Source: Octopus bimaculoides (taxonomy: Eukaryota). From it: a DNA stretch of 37,961 nt. Positions within the stretch are counted from its first letter, which is position 1. Each line of letters opens with the position of its first letter. Below, piece after piece: positions 1-11,894 of the stretch. The DNA lies in the NCBI RefSeq assembly GCF_001194135.2, contig NC_068981.1, forward strand, positions 44,626,697 to 44,664,657, given 5' to 3'. The position numbers and the translations under genes are program-made. The notes below the pieces were generated by a model. The model was not told where the DNA came from. It ran no database searches and saw only the letters and a list, made by a program, of their open reading frames with translations.

Positions 1-32
<32 letters not shown>

Positions 33-543
33 TGTGAGTGCGTGTGTGTGTGTGCGTGTGTATGTATTTTTGTATGCATATGTGTGTTTAAGCACGAACA
101 CAATAATTTTCGTCTACGTATTATCTTCCGTTCAACTTCTACTTCCTCTTTCCTTCTCTTAACGGTTACAAGAGAGAAAGCTTATTATGTCATTTTTTCT
201 AAACTAGAATGTATGCTTTTCACGTTCATATTTGAATATTTTGCGTTTCAATAATTTTTCTCTGTTTTTACTAATTCTCAAATTTGATGGACATATAGCG
301 GTACGTAAGCCGACTGCAGAAATCTTTAATGAGACTTTTTATTGATGTACCCCAAGAGACCTAGAACGGGTTGAAACATGTGCTTTACCCAATAAAATCT
401 ATTACACATTCTATCTCCTATATTATTAACACTGTCACCCCAACTGCCGCTACGAAGTTCCTGCAATCAATCAACGGATAACAAAATGTAATCTATACAA
501 TTCGTATAATTTCTCCATTATTACATGCATATATACACACACA

Positions 544-575
<32 letters not shown>

Positions 576-596
576 CATATATNNNNNNNNNNATAT

Positions 597-752
597 ATAT
601 ACACGACAGGCTTCTTTTTGTTTCCACCTACAAAATCCACACACAGGGCATTGGACTGTCGAGTAGCAGACACTTGAACCAGGCACTAGGCAGTAGGACT
701 GAACCTGGAACCATGTGGTTGGGAAGCAAGACTCTCACCGCTGATCCATACC
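597..752 (-). mobile_element. tRNA-derived SINE, family 1, head and body
   Basis: B-box-like GGTTCAGTCCT on the minus strand at 695-705. The head is homologous to 5946-6011 and the element runs into (TA)n. Confidence 0.75.
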
Positions 753-1229
753 TACGTGTATACATACATACACATATATATCTATATATACGCACATAAC
801 TATAGATATATATATATACTTATACATAATTAGGATAAATTCATTAATTGAGGATTTAACAGTGGCTAGTGCACGAAGAAGTCCATATGGGTTAAATAAA
901 TAATTAAGATATAATTATAAAAAAAAATATAGTTATAAAAATTGGTGCTGGGGTGACAGCGCCTGTTCGATAGAAATAGACAGCAAACGAGTAGAACCCA
1001 CTTAAGTTATAACTTCGTTTAACACAAGACTGTATACGAGGAAAATAGACAGAAAAGATTTATAAAAATATTGTCGACAACTCTATAACACTTCGCGTAT
1101 CGGCATATCACGATCCACTAATTTCAACGCTATTGTTATTCGATGCGTGAGGTTATCGAATTTAGTGGGTAGTGGTGCAGCATAAGCTTGATCTTTTGCA
1201 TGTCCCCAGAAAAAAAAAAAATCACATAC

Positions 1230-1324
1230 GGTGAAGTTTGCGGATCTCGTAGGAGATACGCGTCTACGATGAATTTTCTTTTCGTATTGATGTTGCCCAT
1301 GCTGGTGGTAGCCGCATTGAACAC
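1230..1324 (-). CDS. Candidate internal or first coding exon of an unidentified host gene
   Basis: Minus strand: ttttatttccagtcttacag|GTGTTCAATGCG...ACTTCACC|GTATGT. It has a polypyrimidine tract with AG acceptor, a GTATGT donor, and is visibly GC-richer than its flanks. Two frames are open: VFNAATTSMGNINTKRKFIVDAYLLRDPQTS and VQCGYHQHGQHQYEKKIHRRRVSPTRSANFT. No family recognised. Confidence 0.4.
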
Positions 1325-3774
1325 CTGTAAGACTGGAAATAAAATTTGATTGTGATTAAATACTTGTGTCTAATAAGGAACTGTCTATTGCTTTTCCTTA
1401 TAAAGATATTGCGAAATGAAATCGGTTCTTTATTTCTGAATAACTCTGTATATATATANNNNNNNNNNNNNNNNNNNNNNNNNNNNNNNNNNNNNNNNNN
1501 NNNNNNNNNNNNNNNNNNNNNNNNNNNNNNNNNNNNNNNNNNNNNNNNNNNNNNNNNNNNNNNNNNNNNNNNNNNNNNNNNNNNNNNNNNNNNNNNNNNN
1601 NNNNNNNNNNNNNNNNNNNNNNNNNNNNNNNNNNNNNNNNNNNNNNNNNNNNNNNNNNNNNNNNNNNNNNNNNNGTGCGTGCGTGTGTGTGTGTGTGCGT
1701 GTGTATTACTAATAGCCTCCTTAAAATGTGACAACAGAGCCAAGTGGCCGGAGATTTCAACGTTTACAACGAAATATAGATGCGCAAGTTTTGAATAATG
1801 CATGTATTCTTGTCAGTCTTCATTTCTGAGTAAATGCGTAGGAAGCGGTGTGTGGGAGTCGGAGTGTGTGTGAATATTCGTATGTGTCTCTGTGTGTGTG
1901 TTCGTGTGTGTATGCGTGTCTATTTAAAGGCACTGAATGACCAAATTGGAGAAACCGAGATATGAGAAAGTCAATCTGTATGCATGTGAATGTGTGGATA
2001 ACGTATGACCCACAACGTTTATAGTTTTGTAGAAATACGAGAAACTTCGCTTTCTCCTCTAAATGAGTGGTTAGATAGATTTTGTTTTAGACTCAATGGG
2101 AGATGTAAAGGCCTTGAGGGAAGTTCCTTTCGGAGGTGGACTGTCGAGAGACAAACACCCTATTTTTAAACTGAGAATTCCCGAGATTCTCTTTGAAACT
2201 GTCGGATAGGCGCCATCCAGTTTACTCCAAGAAGAAAAAGTGATAAATTTAGAGTTTCCCCAATTCCCGGGAGTGATTTAGTAGATTTCTTTGAAATCTT
2301 TTGTAAGTAATTTGACTTCAAATCGTTGGAGTAACCCGTATCAATCTCCCTTTCATAGCTAATGAAACACAAATACTACAAAATTGTGAGTAATGTGATT
2401 AGATATTTAATATTGTAATATCACTCTAAACTTTCCGATCCCATCATTTAAATTGCATATTTCAAACAGTCTCTTGGCGTAAACATCATTGCTGATCAAA
2501 GCCTCGCTTCAATTTAAGAAGACAACTATGATATGAAATTGCTGATACTTTCAGGAAAACTGATGTCACAACATAGAGTAATAAATAACACTGAAGCAGT
2601 GGTGAGCTACGCGCCCTGTTAAAGAGGTGTTAGTGAGTAGGTACGAAAGGATCTTCCTGCGAGTATGACTTAAACTGTGAGTCTATTTTTCTTTTGATGT
2701 GTCAGGTGCATAGCATATGACCTGTGGAAATGTTTACAAAGAACTGGAACATATCAAACACCTCGGTGCTGTAGACTCCGGGAAATGAGAGGCGTTGTAT
2801 GAATAGTTATGGTCTTATAGAAGCAGTGTTTCCAAATCAAAAGTATTTTATGTGTTTTGATTGTGAGTAAATATTTGTCTCAGTGTACGTGCATGTAGTG
2901 GATAAGATGGTAGATGATTTTTAAAGTTCGGATTGACAATGATTCGGGTAATTAAAGTATAAATAATTCGAAGGAAGAAAACATGTAATCGAAGCGCTGT
3001 TATTTCAAATGTTTCGCTTTTTTGTTGTTTTTTTTTCACATCGGCACAGAAGCAGGGCTATAAGAGAAATTTGAGTTAGGATACATGAAGTCGAGTTTAC
3101 TTCGGTATCTAAGGATGTTCAAGAAATTGAGAAATATTGTTTCCACGGAAAGTTCGTTAAAGAAGCTTTTTATTTATTTTCTGTATTATGTTTCCTATAT
3201 TCCTATAGTAGTGACTTTCAAGTTACACACGTATAACAAATAATTTGTTGTAATTTACTTTATGTAACATAATTTGATCAAGAGGAAGTATTTGTTTTCT
3301 TTCTTTTGCCTTTGTACTTTTAAGAAAATAGCTCCTATATGCATATTTACAAGTCATTAGATTGAGAACTTATTATGAGATATTCATTAAATAAAATATT
3401 TAATTTACTGAGGATGATATAAACTGACTAAATCTATACGACTGGAATAACTGAATAATGGAACTGTCTGCTGAGAGTGATTAATATATAAATTTACCTC
3501 TTTCAATATTGTAATTATCATGGTGTACATTTGGTAAATGAGCATTTCGGCAAATTGAAATATTTCCATGTTTAAAACATAATCTTATGATGCTAAAATA
3601 GTTCGATATTGGGAATAAGACTTATTCGGTTTCCTTCGTTACTGAATGTTGTGTATGTTACATGAAATTAATAGGGTTATTTATGATTACTATGAACCAA
3701 GTCTCACTTCATTAATCATAATGAAATTCTAGTAGTAGGTAAAATCATAAATCGAAAGTCAGTTAGCATTTAGG

Positions 3775-3925
3775 GTGGGCTGTGTCACTTGTTTTGACCT
3801 CAGCTTATACTTATATGTTCGACCTCGAAGTGAGGAAAGACAAAGTCCAACTCAGAACGTAATGTCTCCAGAAATATCTCTAAACGCTTTTCCCCGGCGT
3901 GGAAACAATTCTGTCAGCTTACTAC
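3775..3925 (-). mobile_element. tRNA-derived SINE, family 2, degenerate
   Basis: Minus strand gtagtaagctgacagaattg...acgttctgagttggactttg...cgaggtcga, similar to the copies at 14350-14444 and 15535-15685. Confidence 0.65.
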
Positions 3926-5945
3926 ATTCGAATTACAAAATAAAATAATAAATATATTACAGTGAAGCATTAAAGCGCATAATAGAACGAGCAAAGCTGG
4001 TAAAATCTAAGTGGAAATTACCTGAAAGGTATAAAAGTAAACATCAACCGTAAACGTAATCTACTCTTTACATATATATTCAAACAAAGGCGTACTGGAT
4101 TATGCAGTCGAACACATCTTTGCTATTATATTAAACTGTCGTATATTCAAACTTTGGCCAAATGCGTTTCTTTCATTATTTATTTTTGCTTCCAATAGCC
4201 GGTTCTCTTTGTCAAACTATCATATCTCGAGCCACTTCAAATGCCAAATATCAAAAAGTGTAGTAAAACGGTTTTGCTATGGAATGGGGGAACTATTTTT
4301 TCGTTTTCTGAAAAAGAAAACGTTTTGAACTTACAACACTTTTGCATAATAGCAACGACGTGATTCTGAGGCGACGGTGAGAATGTTTTCTATTGCGTTT
4401 CTGCTTGGGGATATTGGGCCCCGGATTAAACAATAAAACATATCTAAGTCATACTATTAAATACACCTTGAAAGCAATGTTTTCCCAAATGTTTATTATC
4501 CATTATATGCTATCTCTATCCAAGCCCGTTATACTTCTCCCGACTTTTTCTTCTTTTCAATTTTCATGAAAGTTACAAATATATATACCTGAGATGAATT
4601 CAGTTGAGAAACTTATAAGGAAAATCACATTACTGCTAATGAGGATTCAGATTTACATGATATTTCAGAATACACAATCTAACGATCCCTACTTTATTCA
4701 AAATGTGCGTTTGAATTTAAGAATTTGTGCTGTTATTTCCAGAAGATTCGTTAACAACGTAGTAGGTCCAGACTGGGCGGGTGTTTTCGGTATTGTTCCT
4801 GCACAGATTTTCTTATTTTCTTTTTATTCTGTCCGTTTTCATCTCCTACGTATCAGCGTGCTCCACAGAATCTTCATCACCATGATTTTTATTGTTCTCC
4901 TTCTCCAGCTAGCAACAACAACAGCAAGAGTATTACCACTACAACCACCACCAACACAACGATAATAATAATAATGCTCTTCACTGACGAATTTCGCACT
5001 GCACATCTTCACAGATCTTAATTTCGTTTTCTTTTCTTTCTCTACTTCTCATTCCTCGGTGTCTCTAAAATCATTAAATGCAATAAAGTCAAAGCATTAA
5101 AAATAGCAATAAATTTTAGTGCCTCACCTTTAATTAGTCTCCTAAAAGAATCAGCAGATTGTGAAGACAAATGTTATTTAATACGTGCATTTTACTCTGA
5201 TTTGTTCCTTTTCTGTATTATTTTAATTACCTTTGGCTAAAGAACGGACAACACTCATCAACAATTTCACTGAGTAATGGAATTAGTGGGTTGTATGATC
5301 GACTGCAGTGTTGGAAGAAGTGCGAAATCAATTAAGGCTCTGTTATTGTTCTTTTACAACTTGGTGATGAATTTTCCTAAAAGAATTTGTTACAACTTTG
5401 GAGAAATATCACTATAATGTGCAGCTTTGACACAGTCGTACTAGTAATAATTTGTGCACCGATATTTCATTCCTTCACTTTTTTGCATCAAACTACAATT
5501 AATAGGCATTGGTTACACAAAAAGAAATAAAACATGAAACTAACGCTTCTATATTTTCTCCAAACGTTATTTTCTTTAACAATTAGTAGAAAGGTCATTG
5601 GAGTGTCCTGGACCGTATCTCAGCTTTCATGATGTAAAGTTGCTAATATTAATCCTAACCACACAAAACAATAAACAATTCGTGGACCAGATGATTATTT
5701 CACAGCTAACACACATACATGCTCAAGCACATACATATATGAATGCATTCAGACATGTTTAATTGCAGTCGTACGTTCATTTATATGCTATATACTAGAG
5801 ATATATCAGCAAATAATTACCTTGTGACGAAGATGTGTATAACTTTTATAACTATTAAATTTTATCTATCGTACCATTTACATCGATATATTTTTGACTT
5901 GGAATCATAACGAGGTCAACATATTATTCTCCTATTTTATATATA

Positions 5946-6437
5946 GGCGCACTAATGGTTATGTGGTAATTAGCTTGCTTAACCAACCACATGATTGCAG
6001 GTTCAGTCCCATATATATATAAGATCGGAAGANNNNNNNNNNNNNNNNNNNNNNNNNNNNNNNNNNNNNNNNNNNNNNNNNNNNNNNNNNNNNNNNNNNN
6101 NNNNNNNNNNNNNNNNNNNNNNNNNNNNNNNNNNNNNNNNNNNNNNNNNNNNNNNNNNNNNNNNNNNNNNNNNNNNNATATACATATATATATATATATG
6201 TGTATATATATATATATGTATGTATGTATATATATTTGTGTGTCTGTGTTTCTCCCCCAACATCGTTTGACAACCAATGTTCGCGTCTTTATGTCCGCGT
6301 AACGTAGCGGTTCGGCAAAATGGGCCGATAAAATAAGTACTGGGCTTGCAAAGAATAAGTCGTTGGGTGGATTTGTTTGACTAAAGGCGGTGCTCCAGCA
6401 TGGCCGCAGTCAAATGACTGCAACAAATAAAAGAATA
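5946..6437 (+). mobile_element. tRNA-derived SINE, family 1, spanning an assembly gap
   Basis: Head with A-box-like tggttatgtgg and B-box ggttcagtccc (6000-6010). The 3' half (6240-6437, ...gcggttcggcaaaa...ggcggtgctccagcatggccgcagtcaaatgact...aaaagaata) matches the inverted copy at 30650-30848. Confidence 0.8.
6022..6032 (+). other. Illumina adapter remnant (assembly artefact)
   Basis: AGATCGGAAGA sits directly before the N-gap and is identical to the start of the standard Illumina adapter AGATCGGAAGAGC. Confidence 0.85.
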
Positions 6438-6804
6438 TTTGGTACAATACTTTTTTGCAATATGTTAATATATAAAGAAGTTAATAGCTTTAAAATTTGC
6501 AAATGTTTATAATTTTCGCCAAACGAAACCCACGTACATATTGGTATCTGTTCCCATTGTAACAAGCTAACGTCTGCTTAAAATGTGTATTTTCTTCACT
6601 TGTCAATTTTATGTGATAAGTGACGTTTGTACAACCTCATGTTTGTCACTTATACCCGTGTTGTCCTTTCTTCTTCTTTTTTTGTGAAACGAACGGATAT
6701 TTTCGGCTGCCCTCCTATCACTACTTCGTTTCCTGAGTGTTTTCCTGGCCTCTTTCACTCTAAATAGACGTACGACCGCAGTCAACTCGTTTTACCTTTC
6801 GAAT

Positions 6805-7380
6805 ATGAGGGGGAAATTGAAAACAGAAGATGATGCAATTTTTCATTTTCAAGGGAATGATGTTATCCCTAAAACAAAATTATGTACAAAAAAGCCAATA
6901 TACGAACAAAAAGGTGTTTTGCACGAAAATATACTGGCAGTGATCCCGCAGAGGATGCAACGACTCTGTGTCAGAAAAGGTACATGGTTGGAAGGTGGTG
7001 CTTCTTTTCTTTAAACCCGATTCAAGGAATTGACTTCAGTCCCATTATGTGTTGAAGAACTGGAGACCATGCAAAGAGATATGTTCGTGTAACATGTGCG
7101 GAGGACCTGCTGCGCAATCTAGTTGAGATAGGCAGTCCTTGGATGATTATTGAGATAGACAAAAGTCTTCTCAAGCCGAAAAGGAAACCGAGGAACGGCA
7201 CTTGCTAGTTGGGCACTGGACTTTTGGAGGACAGTGTCGCAGGATCAGATATGTTTTTCTTTATGCAGAACCATATCGGAGTCGTGAAAGATTGGATGAA
7301 TGCATACGTCAGTCGGTTCTTCCAGGAACCATCATTTTCACTAACTTGTGGAGGACCAATCGTACTTTTCCGAAAGAGAT
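6805..7380 (+). mobile_element. Merlin (IS1595/ISXO2-like DDE) DNA transposon, frameshifted transposase remnant
   Basis: Hand translation across frameshifts gives AIFHFQ..VIPKTKLC, YWQ*SRRGC..VRKGTWLEG, CAEDLLRNLVEIGSPWMIIEIDKSLLKPKRK (cf. IGGPGxIVEIDESxFxKRK) and WTFGG..RSRERLDECIRQSVLPGTIIFTNLW (cf. WVFGG..R...PGTxIxSDxW). Confidence 0.8.
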
Positions 7381-9324
7381 TAATATTATTTTCGAATTTC
7401 GACATTGAACAACAGCGTTGCGTCTATTAGCTTAAAAGTGTAACAGTTTACATTTCTGTAATTATTCACTTAGGATTTTCACGTTTTATTATTTACGTAC
7501 CTATTCCAAATTTTCACATGACTTTATTCATTGAAATTCATTAAAATTTCAAACAACATTCTAATGTTGTCATCGACAGTTATCACGCACAAAATAGCAG
7601 TTTCCAAATCCTGTTTTCTCATTGGGTAAAAACTATTGATATTTAAACCTCTGTAACATATTTTAAAACTTTTCAGGAAGAGGTAAATAACAAAATCATA
7701 TTCAGCGTGAAAACATTACTAACTATACATGAAATTTGAAAATTTTCACATAATTTTAACGTTTCAAAAACTGTGACAGCAACAGATAAGACGACTTTCA
7801 TAACAGAAAAAGTGACGGCTTTAATTATCGTCAACGGAAATAAGATAGCCGAATGCTTTACACTTAATCTGGGATATCTTATTATTTCAAACACAGTAAC
7901 ACCGTCCTTCGGGCTAAATCATATTTAAAAATATATGGAAAAAATCACACATATATATAGTACAATACTGTAAAATTTGACCTAAACTCCTGATACTAAC
8001 ATATTCGTAAACTACAATAAACAAAAGGAAACGTATGGAATCATCTAACTGGAATGCAACGAGATTTGATTACAATATAAATAGGCTCAATGTCTCAAGA
8101 AATAAAATACTGGTAGAATAGTTGGTCATTTTTATTTTATGACGTATTTGCTATTCGAGGCCGTAGAGAGTGTCATCTGTTAGCAAATGGCATTCGTTAA
8201 TGTCTCTAGTCACATAAATCTCAGTGGTTCGGTATCCATTAGTAACCTACCCAAACAAAATATTTTTGAGTAGTTGAAGTGATATCCGATTAAGAAAAAA
8301 ACATAATATATTAAAATTAGTGACAAAAGGTCTCATTTGCAATCATGATAATAGCGGACATAAATATTGTCTCAACATAAACAGTGTGCAATTCGAACAA
8401 GTGGAAGACAAAATTAGTAGAATTAAGAAAATTTCTTGCCATAAGAATTCAGGTAGACAGAAAAATAATTATTTAACGTACAAGTTAAAGACACATAACC
8501 AGTGTTTCATTCTGGACTACACACAAAGAATATAAGAATAACAGACGAGTAAAAATTTTATCATCACTATTATTGTTTATCTTTCTGAGTTTTATTGTTT
8601 GTAGTAGTGGTGGTAATATTGGTCGTAGTGGTAGTAATAATAGTAGCTGAACTATTATTAATATTAATAGAAGTAGTTGAAGAACAAGGAATAGTTGTAG
8701 TTGCGTAGCAGCAGCAGCTTTAATATTCTGGTGACGACAAAAAAAAAAAGATATGATATACGATATAAATTATCTCAATAGAAAAAAATCAAAAATTCCC
8801 AAGATGTACATAAAAGTAGAAAGAACAACAATAATATGACAACTTTCTTAGGTAAACTTGTCGAACTTAACATAGACACAAAGGTCAGGTAGAGAAGAGA
8901 AAATTGAAGAATGGCTGAAAAAGAAATAAGATTTTGAGAAATCAATTGCTGTATAGAATGCATCCATATTAGCTAGCAATATCCATAGCCAACAGGCGCA
9001 TTGTTATTTCACCCTTGAAAAAGAGGTATGAAATTTGAATAACTTGTTTCAGACGTGTCCTAAGGTGAGGTAATAGAAGAGAGCAAAAGTATTATTATGG
9101 ATTTTTATTCGCACACAACTATGCACGTATGTGTATATATAATAACACAGATATATAGATACACACACTAATATACAGCCATGCATATATGCGTTTCTGT
9201 GTTTGCACTAAGTGTATCTTTATATGTATGTATCCGCAGGTACATAATTACATATTAATATATATGTGTACATATATGTGTATATATACATGTGTATATC
9301 TATCTATTTATCAATCTATCTATG

Positions 9325-9326
<2 letters not shown>

Positions 9327-9415
<89 letters not shown>
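9327..9415. repeat. (TC)n + (TA)n compound microsatellite running into a gap
   Basis: Read directly from the sequence. Confidence 0.95.
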
Positions 9416-9848
9416 NNNNNNNNNNNNNNNNNNNNNNNNNNNNNNNNNNNNNNNNNNNNNNNNNNNNNNNNNNNNNNNNNNNNNNNNNNNNNNNNNNNNN
9501 NNNNNNNNNNNNNNNNNNNNNNNNNNNNNNNNNNNNNNNNNNNNNNNNNNNNNNNNNNNNNNNNNNNNNNNNNNNNNNNNNNNNNNNNNNNNNNNNNNNN
9601 NNNNNNNNNNNNNNNNNNNNNNNNNNNNNNNNNNNNNNNNNNNNNNNNNNNNNNNNNNNNNNNNNNNNNNNNNNNNNNNNNNNNNNNNNNNNNNNNNNNN
9701 NNNNNNNNNNNNNNNNNNNNNNNNNNNNNNNNNNNNNNNNNNNNNNNNNNNNNNNNNNNNNNNNNNNNNNNNNNNNNNNNNNNNNNNNNNNNNNNNNNNN
9801 NNNNNNNNNNNNNNNNNNNNNNNNNNNNNNNNNNNNNNNNNNNNNNNN

Positions 9849-9879
<31 letters not shown>

Positions 9880-10030
9880 ATATACATGAACATATATGAA
9901 TTTATACATAGGCATATATAAGGATATATAGGTATATGTGTATGTGCTCTGAGTGCACGTGTGTGGACATCGACGCATACACACATAGATACACAAACAC
10001 ACTCAGATGTATATGAGAATGTATGTGTCT

Positions 10031-10066
<36 letters not shown>

Positions 10067-10734
10067 GGGGAGAGTGTGTGTGTTTGCATTTGGACGTGTG
10101 TGTGTTTGCATTTGTACGTGTGTGTGCTTGTGTGCATGTTTGAGCGTGTGTATGATAGCATATCTAGAACTTTTATACTACAGCGAAGATAAAATAATAC
10201 CATATAATGAACTACTTCTAAAATAAAAGCAATAGAAGTGCAAGCATACATTTAGCTGACACATCAGCGTATTATATCTCATTAGTAGTACATGATTATG
10301 CTTGTGCGTGGGCCTATGTATAGAAAACCGTTTTGTAATATTAATTTCCAATAATTTTATGCACTTAGAAATATGTAGTATGTTAGTAGTACTAAAATGA
10401 AACGTTGATTTCAGCGAATCGATAGTGGTGAGATATATACCGAAAAACCCAAGGTATTCGCAAATGGTTTAGATTTTACAAATTATCCGCTAGCATAGGT
10501 ACAATTAGTAACAAACCACAAAGTAGTGGAATGTTTAATGACCGATGTGAAATCATGTAGTAACCCATTCCAGTCTGTATATTATATGATATACGGGCGA
10601 AGTGAGAATGAGTGCGAGAGGTTGCTTTGTTGCGATTAAGAACTATCATGTCTCTCATTATTTGTCTCTCTCTCTCTCTCCCTAAATATATGTATGTATA
10701 CATACATACACACACACACACACATATATATGCA

Positions 10735-10979
10735 TATGTGGCCACAAGACGTCAAGAAACGTGTACATCAAAAAGTACAAAACACGAGTACATGGAACAT
10801 GAACTAGTCTTTTGAACAACGAGAGACACAAATGGAAGAGAAAACAAACAACAGTTTGTTTCATCAGTTGTTGGCTGTTTTTCTAGTCTCGTATTTCGAG
10901 TATTTAACAATAATATATGCTTTGGATAAAACAGTTGCTCCCGCAAAGTAATTTCAATGAAATTTGGGATTAATGAACG
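10735..10979 (-). mobile_element. Dispersed repeat, probable Penelope-like 3' pseudo-LTR segment, inverted relative to the adjacent GIY-YIG ORF
   Basis: Its reverse complement aligns with 32391-32630 (aatcccaaat..ggagcaactgttttatc..ttgttaaat.ctcgaaatacgaga.tagaaaa..ccaacaa.tgatgaa..ccatgtactcgt). Both copies end in TA-rich microsatellite. The pLTR identity is inferred from adjacency to the ORF. Confidence 0.6.
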
Positions 10980-11465
10980 ATTCCGTTCATTAATACACAC
11001 AGTCCTGGAATAATCAACATCTTTCACGCCATAAAATCGAACTTACTTGTACTCCTACAAAGCCCGAAAATGAAAATTCTGATTGAAAAAAATAACACCT
11101 TACGAAATAGCAGACGCCAACCAAGCAATCTTAAAAAAACAACTCACAAAGGCAGATTTCAAATGAGAGAATGAATCAGCATTCTTAGTAAAAGAATGTG
11201 GAGATAGGAGATGTGGAACATGCAACAATATCAACAATTTCGAATACTAGGAAAATGGTTCCCACATAAAGTCCATGAGCGGATCCCTTTTCAAAATAAA
11301 AGCAGATATGAACTGCAAAACGCAAAACCTCATATACTGCATTACCTGCCCAAACTGCAAAGAAAATTACATTTGAGAAACAATTATTTCCCTCTGCCAA
11401 CGTGCAAGAATCCACAGGCAACATATCGGTCAAGACAAGAAGAATTACGAAAGATACCATTAGGA
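10980..11465 (+). mobile_element. Penelope-like retroelement: RT-thumb/linker and GIY-YIG endonuclease remnant
   Basis: IPFINTHSPGIINIF..NSRRQPSNLKK, then a +1 shift in the A-run near 11135, then QLTKADF..VKECGDRRCGTC..IKADMNCKTQNLIYCITCPNCKENYI*ET..CQRARIHRQHI..RKIPL. These are the Cys motif and GIY-YIG-type (LIY..YIGET..R..H) signatures of PLE ORFs. Contains stops and frameshifts. Confidence 0.88.
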
Positions 11466-11610
11466 AGAAATCAAAGCCGTACAATTACTCTGGGCATGTA
11501 CCCATGATATTTCTGTTCATATAAATACTTTTGTGTTAGTTTATTATGTGCACTGGTATTTTAAGATGGGAGAATGTTTTTCCTTTATATTTAAGTTACT
11601 AGCGTTGTCA

Positions 11611-11736
<126 letters not shown>

Positions 11737-11855
11737 GTACTTATTTTATCGACCCCGGAATGTTCGGAAACAACTCTGATCTTGTCAGAATATGAATTTA
11801 AAAATTGCCACTTGTCTTTTATACGGAGTGCTAACGATTCTACCAACTTACCGTC
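11737..11855 (-). mobile_element. SINE family 2 copy
   Basis: gtacttattttatcgacccc (body), and the minus-strand head gacggtaagttggtagaatcgttagcactcc. Confidence 0.7.
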
Positions 11856-11894
11856 TTAATAGAAATCCTTTCTATTATAGACATAAGAACTAAG

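Noticed and set aside
2040-2540. IDFVL..DKHPI reading resembling the end of an APE endonuclease
   Set aside because: Only two short partial motifs with many stops; not enough to call.
5946-6011. tRNA gene
   Set aside because: Only A/B-box remnants of a SINE head; no cloverleaf.
7677-7682. Plus-strand 6-nt microexon-like tttcag|GAAGAG|gtaaat
   Set aside because: Weak donor, no UGC element, no plus-strand host gene evidence; compatible with chance.
9053-9064. Plus-strand 12-nt microexon-like tttcag|ACGTGTCCTAAG|gtgagg
   Set aside because: Short pyrimidine tract, no supporting neighbouring exons; compatible with chance.
9189-10002. Long ORFs in the track (also 1264-1803, 5924-6302, 20687-21367, 30790-31473, 32433-33704)
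   Set aside because: They stay open only because they cross N-gaps and (TA)n/(CA)n/(GA)n runs, which translate as YI/CV/HT/RE/LS repeats.
10850-10875. CTGATGA on the minus strand (and ttgatga at ~32497) as a hammerhead core
   Set aside because: No stem II followed by GAAA downstream in either copy.
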